Shown: positions 1 to 12,600 of the stretch, piece by piece
Layout: the number at the start of each line of letters is the position of its first letter
How positions within the stretch are numbered: the first letter of the stretch is position 1
Assembly (NCBI GenBank): GCA_046563655.1
Contig: CM102284.1
Span: 310,001 to 374,000 of the forward strand
Length of the DNA stretch: 64,000 nucleotides
Direction: 5' to 3'
From: Yuukianura sp. NJ FZ-2021
Taxonomy: Eukaryota
Position numbers and translations under genes: made by a program
The notes under the pieces: generated by a model
Databases searched by the model: none
The model's input: the letters and a program-made list of their open reading frames with translations, nothing else
What the model was told of the DNA's origin: nothing

Positions 1-933
1 CCACAAAGTGCGTCCCACGGTCCCACCAATGTGTGCTCCCAGTCCGAATCCCACTATATGCACATCCTCTACTCCCCGGAGCACTTGAGACTTTGGTAAA
101 AACCAATAATTTTTTAAAAACAAAGAGTTATGGGATAACCTGTGAAGAAAAACAGAACAACCTTGATTAAGAACGTTATGAACTCTGCAATTTCATGTGC
201 GATTTGATTGGTTCGCAGCATTGCGTTGAGGCCCTGGACGAACGGCAACGACGTTTTAGTAAACTGCCCGTAGTCAACCATAATCACGTTGGCTTCGAAG
301 CATGTCTTCACGTAAGCTAAGTTTTTCAAAATTTCAAGGGAATTGTAGACTACTTTTTCAAAAATTTTCAAAATTTCAAGTTTTTAAAAAAAGTTTTCCA
401 CTTTTACCGTCTTTCACTACTTTGATGTCGTCTGGAGTTTTGGAATCGGCCGTTTCGCCATGAATTAGGAATTTAACTGGCCTGGAGGAATTGTAGGCCG
501 ACGCTGCGAGCGATTCTCTGCTGCCTGAATCAATTACATGACAGCTCTCCGTGTCACTGGATAAAAATTTGACAAACTTTTGAACTTTTTTTGAAAATGA
601 AAGTTTCCCATTTTCTTCTTTTAGAAAAGCGAAGAAAAAGTTTATAACCAACAATTTTTGAGTTACTTTGGGTTGAAGTAAAGCAGGAACTTGATGCCGC
701 TTGACTTTTTTGGGACAATTTCATTTTCGTGGTCTAGGTTATTCGGTCCCAGCGGCACACTAAGTAAGAGGTTGAAATTTAATTAGTTTAGTTATAAAAA
801 TAATATTATTAAAAATACAAAAGTTAAAATTAAAAAGTTACCCGAGCGGAACTCCATACTGTATGTCTTGCGCAGCAGCTAAATATTTAATTTGTATTAA
901 AACCAACACGACGAAGGTCAAAGCCGGCTTCAT
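1..933 (-). CDS. Pancreatic lipase-family secreted protein, 5' portion only (runs off the window start), multi-exon, probably catalytically inactive
   Basis: ATG at 933 (MKPALTFVVLVLIQ, signal-like). Exons encode IKFLLYFNP, YNSSRPVKFLIHG, NVIMVDY and, at 1-90, VHIVGFGLGAHIGG, which corresponds to the lipase H-x-x-G-x-S-L-G-A-H elbow. Confidence 0.85.
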
Positions 934-2051
934 TTTCTCAATTTTTTCTCAAAAACGGAAATTTCCGAAAAGGAAATTTTCCGAAATGGAAATTTCCTAA
1001 AATGCTGCTTCCGGAGTCACAGTTCGGCACACTTTGTAGGAACCAGTGGACGTGACATGTCAATTTCTCACTACTTTTTGGGTACTTGGCCAATTCTTGT
1101 GTACTTTGTTACACAACAAACAGAAGTTGATTCTGCATAACTTTTGTTAAAGTTTGATTGAAAACAAAAGTTGTAATAAAGGAGGAGGGGGTACTTATCA
1201 GCCCCCCATCTAATGCCAATTCATTGCTTTTAAGGGTTCACTGATTGCACGAGCACTTAATCTACAAAACTTCTGCCAAAAAACATGAAGTGGCTCTGCC
1301 AATTAACAAAAGTGTAAAGATTTAAGATCGCAAATTGCAAACTGATCTCCTTTTATTGTGCAAATTACGGTTACTCCACTCTGCAAAATTTCAAAACTTT
1401 ACACTAAATTTTGCAAGGTTTTTCCCTACATGCCGCAATTAGGGAAAAAAATACGCATTTCCAAGGGAGGATTCGCTAATTGTGGAATCAAACGAAGGAC
1501 AATGGCAATCAAGTGTTAAAAATCAACGTCAAAACAAATAAAAAACAACTAAAAAAAATCTTGCAAATCAAAATTCTGTAATTTGTAATTTTTCCCTGTC
1601 TATTGTTCATGTTAAAGCTAAGGACGTGCCTTGTAACACGTTCAATGCAACTTTATGATGGCCAGTACACAATTTTTCACAAATGCACATCATGAACATC
1701 ATGATTCATGACCTCAACTTTTTTTTACAGTTTTCGAAGTAAGGCGTTTCAGAAATGGACATTTTAACGTTAGATACTGAAATGGTAAAACGAAAAAAAG
1801 TTTAGCATTTTACAGGATTTATTGCCTAATTTCTTTGAATTTTTTGTGATTTCAACGGCTGTTTTAACATTTCAACGTTTCAACAGTATCAACGTTTCAA
1901 GAAAGTTTCAACATTTGCAGAATTTAACTCCAACTTCACTTTTTCTATAATTTCGGAGTTCCTAGTACACTATATCCGTTGACCTTTGACCTGACCAATA
2001 GCACTTAATTTTAGCATTTCGGTGATTTTTTTAACTAGATCTTTTTTCTTC

Positions 2052-5000
2052 TTATTTTTCGGATAGTACTTCGAGTGAGTTTAGTTCCGGTTCTGGTGGT
2101 TCCAGAAACTGACTACTGCGCCGTCTCTCTCCAAATCTTTGCTTCGCTTGACCTTGACGAAACGAAGTTGACCCGCCACTCCAAGACTCAAATCCCTCGT
2201 CACTGTTCGTTTCAATTGCAAAAACAGGTTTTTTCAGCAACTCTCTCCGTCCGAATCCAGCATTTCCATTGTATTGCTGATTCTGAACTTTTCTTTTCGG
2301 TTTCGGAATGCTGAAGCCTCTCCCTCCTGCTTTCTCAGCCTCCCGAACTTCTGCTGAAACACACAGAAATGGTGGCAGTGGGCCAAAAGCTCCTCTGCGA
2401 CCTTTGACCTGCTTCTCAAGGTCATCGTGCTCCTCCCCAGCCAGTTCAAGGTCAAACTCCCAGTCGTTCTTGATCATAAACCGAGTCGGGATGTCAACTT
2501 GTTCTGGTCCAGCGTCAATCGAAGTCATGTAATTTTGAAGATGCTCTTCTACTTCATGCAGGTCGTTGTGAGCAGCGCGGATTTCAAAATTTTGTTGCTC
2601 CAACTTGTCCATCAACTCCATAAGCTCCATCCTCTTTGGCTTCAATCGCTGACGAGTAATTCTAAAAAAAAAGTTAGACGTTTTAAGACAATAAAGTTGT
2701 GAAAAAAATAAAGGGCCGAGTGGGATTTGAACCCACATCTCTTGAATCCAAGAAACACTGTAACCCTTGAGCTATCCGGCTCTATTTTACAAATGCTCAA
2801 AGAATGAGCAAATGGAAGACGGATATCCCAGCTCCCAAACGTCACAACAATGTTTTTTAACAATCTTTGTTTTTCAAAAATGTTCGTTTGAAAAAAAAAA
2901 CTTACTCTTTTTCTTTCTCGAGCAGATCTTGGAGTCTCTTGTCTTCAGTCTTGTACTTGACATATTCCGAGGTCATGGCGTCAATGTCCTCTTGCAGAAA
3001 ATCCAAAATTCGGGCCAAGGGATTGGCCAGACGCGCTGAAGTCTGGATGAGACCCTTAAGGGCCTCCAGCTCCCCTTGACTCTGCTTGCGCAGGGCTCCC
3101 ATTTCGTCGTCCTTGCTTCTATCTCCAGCTTCCAACTCTCGTTTCGTTTCCATAATTTGCTGAACTAAATGGCCACGCCCATCCGTTCCACCAATGATAT
3201 CTCCAGAACCTATAGCTCCGCCTACTGGACCCTGAATTCAAAAAATAAATAAATAAATATTTAAATATATAAAATATATTACAATTAATTCGATTTAAAA
3301 GATTACCGCATTTGGGATTGGTTGAGCTGCGAGCAAATCCAAAAGTCCTTGTTTGCGACTGTCCGAACTTTCGTCGTCATCGACATCTTCCGAATCCAGT
3401 ATAACCTTGGACAAGATAAATTAAGAAAAATTAATTATAATTAAATTAATTTATATAAATAAAAATAGATTATTTTAATCATTTACCGGGATTTTGGTTG
3501 TGGGAGGGCGGAAAATTGCTTCCTCCTCAACAATGGCCGTTTTTGGTCTGGGTGGAGCCGGACGAGCACTCGTGGGACGGGCAAAACTGGACGGTGGACG
3601 ACGCATGGCACTTGGTGGGGCGTTCCGGACAGGCTCTCTTAAAAAGTAATTAATACAAATTAATTTATTATATTATATAAAATATTTACATAATTTTGTA
3701 AACTAATTCTTTTTGAACTTACGCTTCACTGCTCCCCGTCTGGGGCTGATCCTTCTGATTCCTTGCTGGTCCCACGTTCCGCTTGGCGTTGTTTCCCAAC
3801 GGTCCCACCTCTGAGTCATCCGTGTCCACATCAGATTCGTCCGAATGGGTGGGTTTATGTGGTGGTGGGTCAGAGGGCACGTGGGGCAATTTCGGCGGTG
3901 GGTCAGAGGTCACGTGGGACAGTTTTGGTGTTGTAGAAGTGGGTTTGGGTGGATTAGAAGGAGGAACAACAACATTAGCACTTGCTTTTGGCTCCACCGA
4001 AACCTCAACAGCGATCGGAGCAGCTTTTACTTTTTAGCAGAAAGTTCAGAATCGCAAGCGAAATCAAGGCAGCGCCAGAAAATTCATGCAACAAAGGCAA
4101 AGAGAAATTAATTTAAATTAAGTATTAAATTAAACTAGAATTAACTAATTGAAATAATTAAATAAAGTTAAACTAATTAAGAAGTTGCCCATGCTTAACT
4201 TCTACTATAATAAGTTCAACTGGTATTTGTTTCAGCGCTAACGACCAATCAGAATGTAGACGCATAAAAGTAATAGAGGAAGCTTTTTGCCTCGTACAAG
4301 TCTAGGAAGCTTTTTGTCTCGTATAAATAAGAAAGCATTGTACTCGTACAAAAAGTGAATTACCTTGATTAGAAGTTTGTTCCATTGGTTTCTCAGCGAT
4401 TGATTTCCCTCCCACAGCAGATTTCTGGTAAATCAACAGAATTTACATATTATAAATAATTAATTTGAATAATTTAAAACTAATTTCTTAGCAACCTTTC
4501 GTTCCACTGCCGTCTTGTGTCTCTTTTCCTCCGCCTCAATTTGGATTCCATGCTCCTGCAGAAGTGACTCCACTTCACCCATGAATTGCATACTGTCATC
4601 TTCGTTTTTAGTCGGAACTTGGCCAGTACTTTCCGGAAGTACTGGCAGTACTTCCGGTTCGGACTCTTCCACTTCAGTCTCTTGCTGTACACTGTCTGGC
4701 ACTCTCTCGGTTCTCGTCAGTGATTGGTCACGACTTGGGGCGTGTTGGCGGGAAGCACTCCCATTGGTCCGATTCAAATCTTCCTTTGACGGGAGTTTGG
4801 TCAGAGGGGGAGGAGCTTCTGTCTTCGCCGTCACTTTTTCTTTGCTTTTGCTATCTTGACGCAACAGTGGCTGCGTCTGCGCAGTACCCGATTTCGATTC
4901 GTCTCGAGATCCAGAACGATCGCGTTTTTCATCACTGCGACGCGTAGTCTTGCTATCTTCTGTTTTAACACCTTTCGACGCTGGAGATTTCGTTCTAAAA

Positions 5001-5849
5001 AATATTAGTTGACTAAAATCTCAAAAGAAAGTGTAAATTTTTTTTGGATTTTGAAATTCTTACTTTGAATTTGAGCTGGATTTGGCATTGGGAGCTGCTT
5101 TATCCTGACGCTGTTTGTGCTGTACTTGAGCAGCAGTTGGTTTGATGACCTGCTGAGACGAGCTCTTCTTGACCCCTGTGACCTCTTTGTCCTTGACCTT
5201 CCCGCCGGGGGCTTCTTTTGACTTGCTTCCTTTAGCGTCTGACTTCTTCTTGTCACCACCACCAAGTGTTGTTGCCATCACGGTGGCAACAGCATCTTTG
5301 GAACTCACTCCACGGTCTAACGCTCCTCCAAGCACAATCAAAAGTTCCAGCGTTTTCTCCGGATCCTGTCCAGCCAGAATCTTACTCACTTTGGCATCCA
5401 CCTTGGCACCAGTAGCCAATCCTGGATGAAAAGGAATTGAATAGTGTATAAAATATATTATATAATTTAATATAAAATTATGTTATTTAAATAAGTTAAC
5501 AAATGACTTTAGAAGTTTGTGACCTGTGACACTGATGACCTTGTTCAGAAACTCCGTCTTCTCTTCTTTTGTGTTGAGGGCCGAAGAGTCCAGCTCTCCA
5601 GGAGTGAACAGACCAGCGTAGAATCCAGTCCCATTCATAACCTGAAAAAATATGAATAAAATAAATAAACTAATGAATAAAATAAGTCAACAATTATATC
5701 AAATAAATTTTGCTGACAGCAACGAGGATGTCGTGGAGAAAGCGAAACGGTGGACGAGCCAAATGCTTCTCAGCCAGCGGCGGTTTCTTGACATACTTCC
5801 CCAGCACACTTTGGACAGCAGTAATTTGCTTCTGGAGAGCTGGATCCAT
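2052..5849 (-). CDS. TRAF3IP1: TRAF3-interacting protein 1 / intraflagellar transport protein 54, multi-exon
   Basis: N-terminal CH-like domain LGKYVKKPPLAEKHLARPPFRFLHDI and ILAGQDPEKTLELL; charged low-complexity middle with RPSAPRPK-type motif; C-terminal coiled coil IQTSARLANPLARILDFLQEDIDAM. GT-AG introns link the ORF pieces. Confidence 0.93.
2713..2782 (-). mobile_element. Degenerate tRNA-like element (tRNA-derived SINE head or tRNA pseudogene) in the last IFT54 intron
   Basis: Minus strand GAGCCGGA-TAGCTCAAGGG (A box)...GTGGGTTCAAATCCCAC (B box/T arm)-TCGGCCC, followed by a T run. Anticodon arm is non-canonical. Confidence 0.7.
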
Positions 5850-6085
5850 GCTGGCACACTCAAAAACTTCAATCAGCAGCGATTTCAAAAAAATTGAAAT
5901 TTTTAGAAATTGAAAATGGCTGATGTCCTTTTTAAAACTGAAACTATGGATTATCAGGCAGGGAGATCGATTAAATGCACAAAAATTTATGTCGAGTGAC
6001 TACTTTCGAATGCCGTGACGAAGTTGAGTGCGGACCTTTTGTTTATAAATACAAAGCCTTTCACTGGAAATCTGAATCATCCATG

Positions 6086-6099
6086 GTCACCATGACAAC
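6086..6099. promoter_or_regulatory. X-box (RFX binding site) upstream of IFT54
   Basis: GTCACCATGACAAC matches the X-box consensus GTHNYY-AT-RRNAAC and lies ~240 bp upstream of the ATG of a ciliary IFT gene. Confidence 0.8.
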
Positions 6100-6608
6100 G
6101 AATTGCACAACACAAAAAAAAACGAATTCAACCGAGTTCGTCCGATACAGACTGCAACAGTAAAACTAAGAAAAATTAAAAAAGATGGTGTCGTGGAGGG
6201 AGTAACTAACAAATAATTTTACTTTCGCGACACAAATTAAGACGTATGGTTAGTTTAACATAACCTGCACTAAGGAATACTTTTTTTTTACATAATATTA
6301 ACATTAATATTATATCAATATTATAATTAATAGTCACAGTAAGTAACTCTTATGTAATCGTCCACTCTTTCCTTATTTTTTCTCACAACTTCATCAACCA
6401 CCAATAAAAATTAAACTAACAATAAAAACAGGAAGAGGTATGCATGCAAGGATTCCAGCATTTCATGTCACTGGAACAGGAGCTACTCTGCAGGTCAGAG
6501 GTCACAGACGCCATCACTTGACCACCACACACCAATTCCCGCAGTACTTTCGTCCAGCACATCCAGCACAACATCCGCAGTACTTCCCTCCAGCACATCC
6601 AGTACTTC

Positions 6609-9600
6609 TTAAATACTTTCCTTCGAAGGAACCCAGATCGTTGGCCCACTTTGGTTGGAAATTACTCTTCGCACTTTTTCATAAATCTCCTCCGGCGTTT
6701 CACCCTCAACAATAGCTGCACAAAATTCAAATTCAACTTTTTTTTTTTCAAAAATTTAACAAAAATTTAAAATTAGCTACCACTAATTGAAAATGGTTTA
6801 AAAACTGTACCTGTAAAATACTCTGAAAACTCCTGTTCCGTCTTCTGTGCTCTCTCGAATGTTTTCCTCGCTTGCTCTTCCGTCATTCGCTTACTCATGT
6901 CCCTGCACCAAAACAAATCCAAAATCTTAAAAAATTCCAAACATTTCTTCCAACAACTCAACTTTTTAAAAACTGTGGACGTGGTAGCCACGTATGATGA
7001 AATTGTACTTACATTATAGATTCAGCGGACTTTGGTCTAATGAAAATTGCAATTGGATAAAGAGAAGAGGCCTGTAATCGCTTGATTGCTGCAAAACCCA
7101 CACAAAATCCAGTTTATCCACAGTTAATCCAGTTAAATCCAGTTAATCCAGTAATCCACAAAATCAAGTTCCACCAAAATCCCTTGCATAAACAACAGAA
7201 ATCTCGAAAGTTTCTCCGCTAACTTACCATTTCCGCTTACGTCCAAAATACAGTGTTTTCCCTGCATTTCAAAACGATTAATTTAAAAACAAAGTTTCAT
7301 AAACTTTGCAGAAATTGTTCGGTTTCCAAATTTTGAAAATCTGAAATAGTATAGTAACCTTATCAGCCACATCTTTGACAGCAGCGAGTGAGGTACCATA
7401 GAGATTGTCATTGTACTGTCCAGCCTCAATGAAAAGGTGCATCGAAATATCCCTGAATTTCAAATCAAAATCAAAGTTTTTAAACAAAATTTTCAAAAAA
7501 TGTCCAAAACTTGTGCTGACCTCTCCATTTGTTCTCGTGAAGCTACAAAGTGATAATCACGACCGTCAACTTCATACTCACGTCGAGGACGCGTCGTATC
7601 TGCCCAAATAAAAACAAACATAAAATCAAAATTCCGAGAATTAAAAGTTCCAAAAATTCAAAATTCGAAAACTGAAAATTCGATAAACCATTTCAAAAAA
7701 GTCTTACGTGGAACACATGAACCGAACTTATCCGGAAACTCTGAAATTAGGTCATCGTTAATCCGATCTTTCAAACACCCGAGTATGATGACAGGACGAG
7801 CATAATTGATTGTAATCTGCGTTACGCCCTCATATGACAACACTCCATCCTCTCCTGCTAAACAATAGAAAATGATTATATTATAATATATAATATATTA
7901 TATTATAAAAAAGAAAGGACTAAGAAAGGAGAAACTAGTTGGAGAGAAGGGCTAGAGGTCAAAGGTCAACTTTACCTTCGCCTCTTATTTCATCCTGCAT
8001 GTACACCATGTAGGCTACACAACAATTAAGAGGATAGAAAAAAGAAACACGCAATCAAATTTCAACTTTCTCACTTATTTTAAACTTATTTTAAATAAGT
8101 TAGTTAAATTCAACATTTTAACATTCAAAACCCAATTAAATTTAGACGATGACGAGAGAGACAGCAAAGAAGGAAATTGAAAAGTGAAAAGGAATTGCTC
8201 AAGATGAAACACAATTTTTTTTTTTGCAATTAAACTTACGAATGCTTGTGGAGTCCCCTTCAGGACCTGGAATTTGACTCTCTGGAGAAACACAAACAAC
8301 AAAACAACCAAAATAAACAAAAAAGTTAAACATAAGTTACAAAAAATATAAATTTTTACAAATTATAAAAATTCAACTAAATTAAAAGGTCTCTCATCAT
8401 CGAAAATTTCCAGGTCTACTTCCATTCTTAGCAACTTTTTGTTCGTTTCCTTACGTTCTCCCTCACTGACGTCATCAATATTGTCACGACTCTTCATAAA
8501 CGGAAACTTCCGAGTGAACGAAAAGTTCTTTTTCTTTCTATCTAACGTCGACATCTGAAATCCCAAAATTCAAAATTTCAAATTCAAACCTCAAAATTTT
8601 GACATGAATTGACCTACTTCAGATTTATTTTCTTGAGTCGGACTTTTTCCTTGAAACTTGACAGATCGATCCCGCGCTTTCTGTTTTCTTTCCCACCGCT
8701 TTTTTGAAGGAATTATTCCGATTCCCTCTTCCTGTCCATCGGGAAGGACAATACGAGCCTTCAAAGAGAAAACTCAAAATGAAATTTTGAATTTTTCACT
8801 TTTCTTTTTAAAATTCTGAGTCTAACCTGCCACCACTCTTCGTCACATGCATTAGTTACATGGAGAATGTCTCCGAAGGAAAAAGCGAGACCCCTTGAGG
8901 GCAAGTTGTCGTCTCGAGTGGGGTCAAAGTCATTTAGAGCTCGAACAAACAAAGTTCGCTTCTGAGAAGTTTTCATCAAACTTCCGGACAAAACGTGCTG
9001 CTTCATATCTTGAATTTTAGCCTCAAAACGATTAAACTCACTGCAAACAACAAACCAAATAAACAAAGTCAAAAACGGCAAAACTTCTCTCAAAAAGTCA
9101 AACAATTCTTTCAGTATCAAAAAAATTGAAAACCTTTGTTTATTCTCCACAACCAGAGTTACGATTTGGCCAGCACTCTGCAACAAACAAAAAGTTCAAC
9201 ACTTTTCACATTTCTCTTTTTAGAATTTTTTTAAAATCTTAGCATTTTTTGAAATTGAAACATTGTTGTCCTTACTTTGAATGCCTGGGCGGCTTGTTCG
9301 TGCGTTGCTTTGGTGATGTCAACTCCGTTGACACTGAGAATCTGATCTCCGCGATGCAATTGGCCGCTCATGTCGGCCGGTCCACCCGCCAGGATGAAAC
9401 TGATGAAAATGCCCTCTCCATTCTCCTCTCCTCCGACAATGTTGAATCCAAGTCCAGTGGACACTCGTGTCAAGGTCACAACACGTTGAGAGAACACAGG
9501 GTCATCTGACTTCCCAGACTCACGTCGTGATTGGTCCAGAGAAGTTCTGCTCTGTGACATCCTTCCATCAACGACTGAAGATGACACTGAGCCAGTGTCC

Positions 9601-12600
9601 AGCGGAGTGGGCGTGGTCTGCTTCGGGGGCGATCCTGCCGGGATTCGAACTGACTGCGGAGTAGTTGATGCTGGAAGTGCTGGTGGAGTGGACATCATGC
9701 GGATCGGGGAATCGAGCCGAATCGGGGGAGTGGGCGTGGAGCGAGTGGCTGGGACGAACCCAGTCACTGGGTCTGGCTTGATGATGAGCAGAATGACTCT
9801 GTTTTCGGTACATTTGAGTGTGGCCACGGCCTCTTCGTGCGTGACATTTTCCAAGTTTTTCTCACCACTCTGCAAATTAACACCAAACAACCACAAAATT
9901 TATTGTTCACACTTCCGTAGGCGGCTTTTAACAAACATTTCGCTTTCGCATAGTCAACAATATTTTATGTTGATGTTTTTTATGTTTATGTATTTTATGT
10001 TGATGCTTTTTGTGTTTATCTCACCGGTGTATTTCTGACAGCGACCAACTTGTCTCCGACGGCCAATCGCTTGTCCATGAAGGCTGCTCCTCCTTCGGAT
10101 ATCTTCGTAATGTAAATTCCGTTGTCTCCCGGAATGTGCTGATTTCCGATTCCTCCAGCGATGCTGAACCCCAGCCCTTTGTTTCCCTTGTACAACTCAA
10201 TCTCAATCAAACTCGGCCCAGCATCACTTGCCCTGCGTCTCACATACTAAAAACACAAACGTCAAACACTCTCCACAAACAACTTTTCATCATTTCAAAA
10301 ATATTTTCAAAAATCCAATATTTTGATTTTTCAAAAACTCACCAACCGTACTGTAGTGCCTGCTCTCTTCAACGCATCCACTGCTGTCGCATGCGGAACA
10401 TTCACCACGCTCTGTACAATTTCAAAATGAAAACATCAAAAACCCGTACAAATCGTTACAAAATCCTCAACAAAAAATCCCTAAAAAAATCTAAAAATCA
10501 TAAAGTTCATCTAAAACTTAATCATCTAAAAACTAATTAAAAAAAAAACTTACAGTATTATTGACCCGCATTATAACGTCACCCACTCTCAAGCGACCGT
10601 CCATCGCTGCTGCACCAGCTAAAATTCAGTCAACCAAACCTTAGTTTAGCCTAACAAAACATCACTTTTCCATACCCTAACATAACCTTTGGAGAGGAAA
10701 ACATTAGTTAGCATCGTTTTCCTCGCAGAGCGCTGGTTCTACAACCGAATTCATGTGAAATTGGTGGTTCTAACCTTGAATAATTTTGGTAATGTAAATA
10801 CTGGGATCATCTTCTACATGTGGATTGTCCGTTCCGCCGGCAATGCTAAACCCGAGTCCAGAAGAGGCTCTCTCCAGAATAATTTCTTCATAAGTCCAGT
10901 CCTCCTCGTTCGTCAGTTTTGTGTCCAGCAAACTCACTGGACTCAGGTTCTCAATCTCCCTCGGACTAACGTCAACCTAAAACAAAACAAATTACACTTC
11001 CAAATTCAAAACACGATTTTAAAAACTGCGCATGTTGAGCTATGTCCGTGTCTTCAAAATTTGGAACATAAACACTTTTGTTCAAAAACACTTTGGAAAG
11101 TGTTTCTTTTTTTGAAAACCTTGGAGCGTGTTGCCAAAAGGAAGAGCCTCTTGTAAGGTCGTTAGCTAAATTGCCTCAAAGGAAACCGGGAGTCAGTCAG
11201 TCATAAACAACGTCAACCCAATCGCTTCACTGAAACTTTTATGGTCATGCAACTTGAATGTTAAAGTCAGGAACAAATAGCACGGAATCACATAACCTAA
11301 CATTTACTCAGGTTAACCTAACTACAGAAGATCCTCTCTTATAGCAACTCGCATTTTCTCAGTGGAACACCTTAAAACTCAAGTTTCTGGAGGAAAGTTA
11401 ACTTTAAAAATTCAAATGATAATCGATACACTTTTTACAAAATCAATACCGCATTTTCTTGCATAACGCGCATTTCTAAAGCCAGACTTTGCGTGGTGCA
11501 ATACCTCTGATGGGACATAATCAGAAAGTTTAAGGTATCGGAGCGAGTTGTTATATATGAGATTGTTCTGTAAAATTTGAATTTTTTTGAAATTTGATGT
11601 AGTCCATTACCTTAGACCCAGGTTTAGTTCCAGTGCCGTTGAGCTGATTGAGAAGGTTGTGCTGCTGCGTAAAGGGTGACCTTGGTGGCTGTTGCATTTG
11701 AAGTGTGGCTGCGTCCACATCGTCTTCTCTGCCCTTGTGACCTCGGTGACCTCTGTCCCCTTCTCGGGCCGCATCTTCATTGTAGATCTTCTGTCCAAAA
11801 AACAAACAAATTAAAGTACACAATCCAATATGTCAAAATACCATCAATCCTGGAAAATACCGCCCATTCCATCTAAAAAAAACTCACTAACTTGTGTAGT
11901 TTGGGAAAAATTCAACCGCTAACATTTTTTGTCACTATCGCTAAAAACGTATATTACACACTATAAGCCAGGATTTAGGGTAACTAATCGAAGTTTTGAT
12001 CAAAGGATGTTCAGAGTCGTAGTAAATTTCGTTATCTTTGCTAAAACTTTGCAAAAATGTTTAACTTAATTTCGAACTTAGAACTCGATAAGTCAAAAAG
12101 TAAGGAAAAAGTTTCATTTTGGACTTCTTTGCAAACAATTTCGAAAGTTGAGGAATCAAAGGTAGGACTTTGGTGTTCTAAGGGTACCCGGGTACGTGTC
12201 CCCTTAGAAGTACCCCCAAGTGGGGGTGGGGGGTACTTTTAAGTGGGTTAAGGGTACATGTGCCCCCTTGCCTGCTTCTCCAGTGCTTCCTTCATTTCAT
12301 TCCTCATTCGATTCCGTCTGTTCTTTTGTCTCACTTTGTTCGGTACATTAGAAACATATGACGAAAACCGATTCGAACTTTGTCGAACAATTGAAACCCA
12401 GTCGATCATGGTCGAACTTTTCTCTTCCAAGGGATTAACCCTTCAATTATGATTCACAATTTCAACAAAAACTTTTTTTTCCAAAAAATCTTCCTTTTCA
12501 CCGAAATTTCTTCTCTTTCTGTCCAAAAACTCGAGAAAATTAAATCAAAAAGTTGTAGTTACTCCCTCCAACTTTTCACTCAAACTTTCTTTCTCTCGCT

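Noticed and set aside
2713-2782. Functional tRNA genes at the four tRNA-like loci
   Set aside because: Anticodon arms lack a canonical 5-bp stem with 7-nt loop, and the acceptor stems are mismatched or bulged.
9249-11156. Plus-strand ORFs (9595-10038, 10010-10540, 10689-11156 and others)
   Set aside because: Antisense shadows of dlg1 PDZ exons running into introns.
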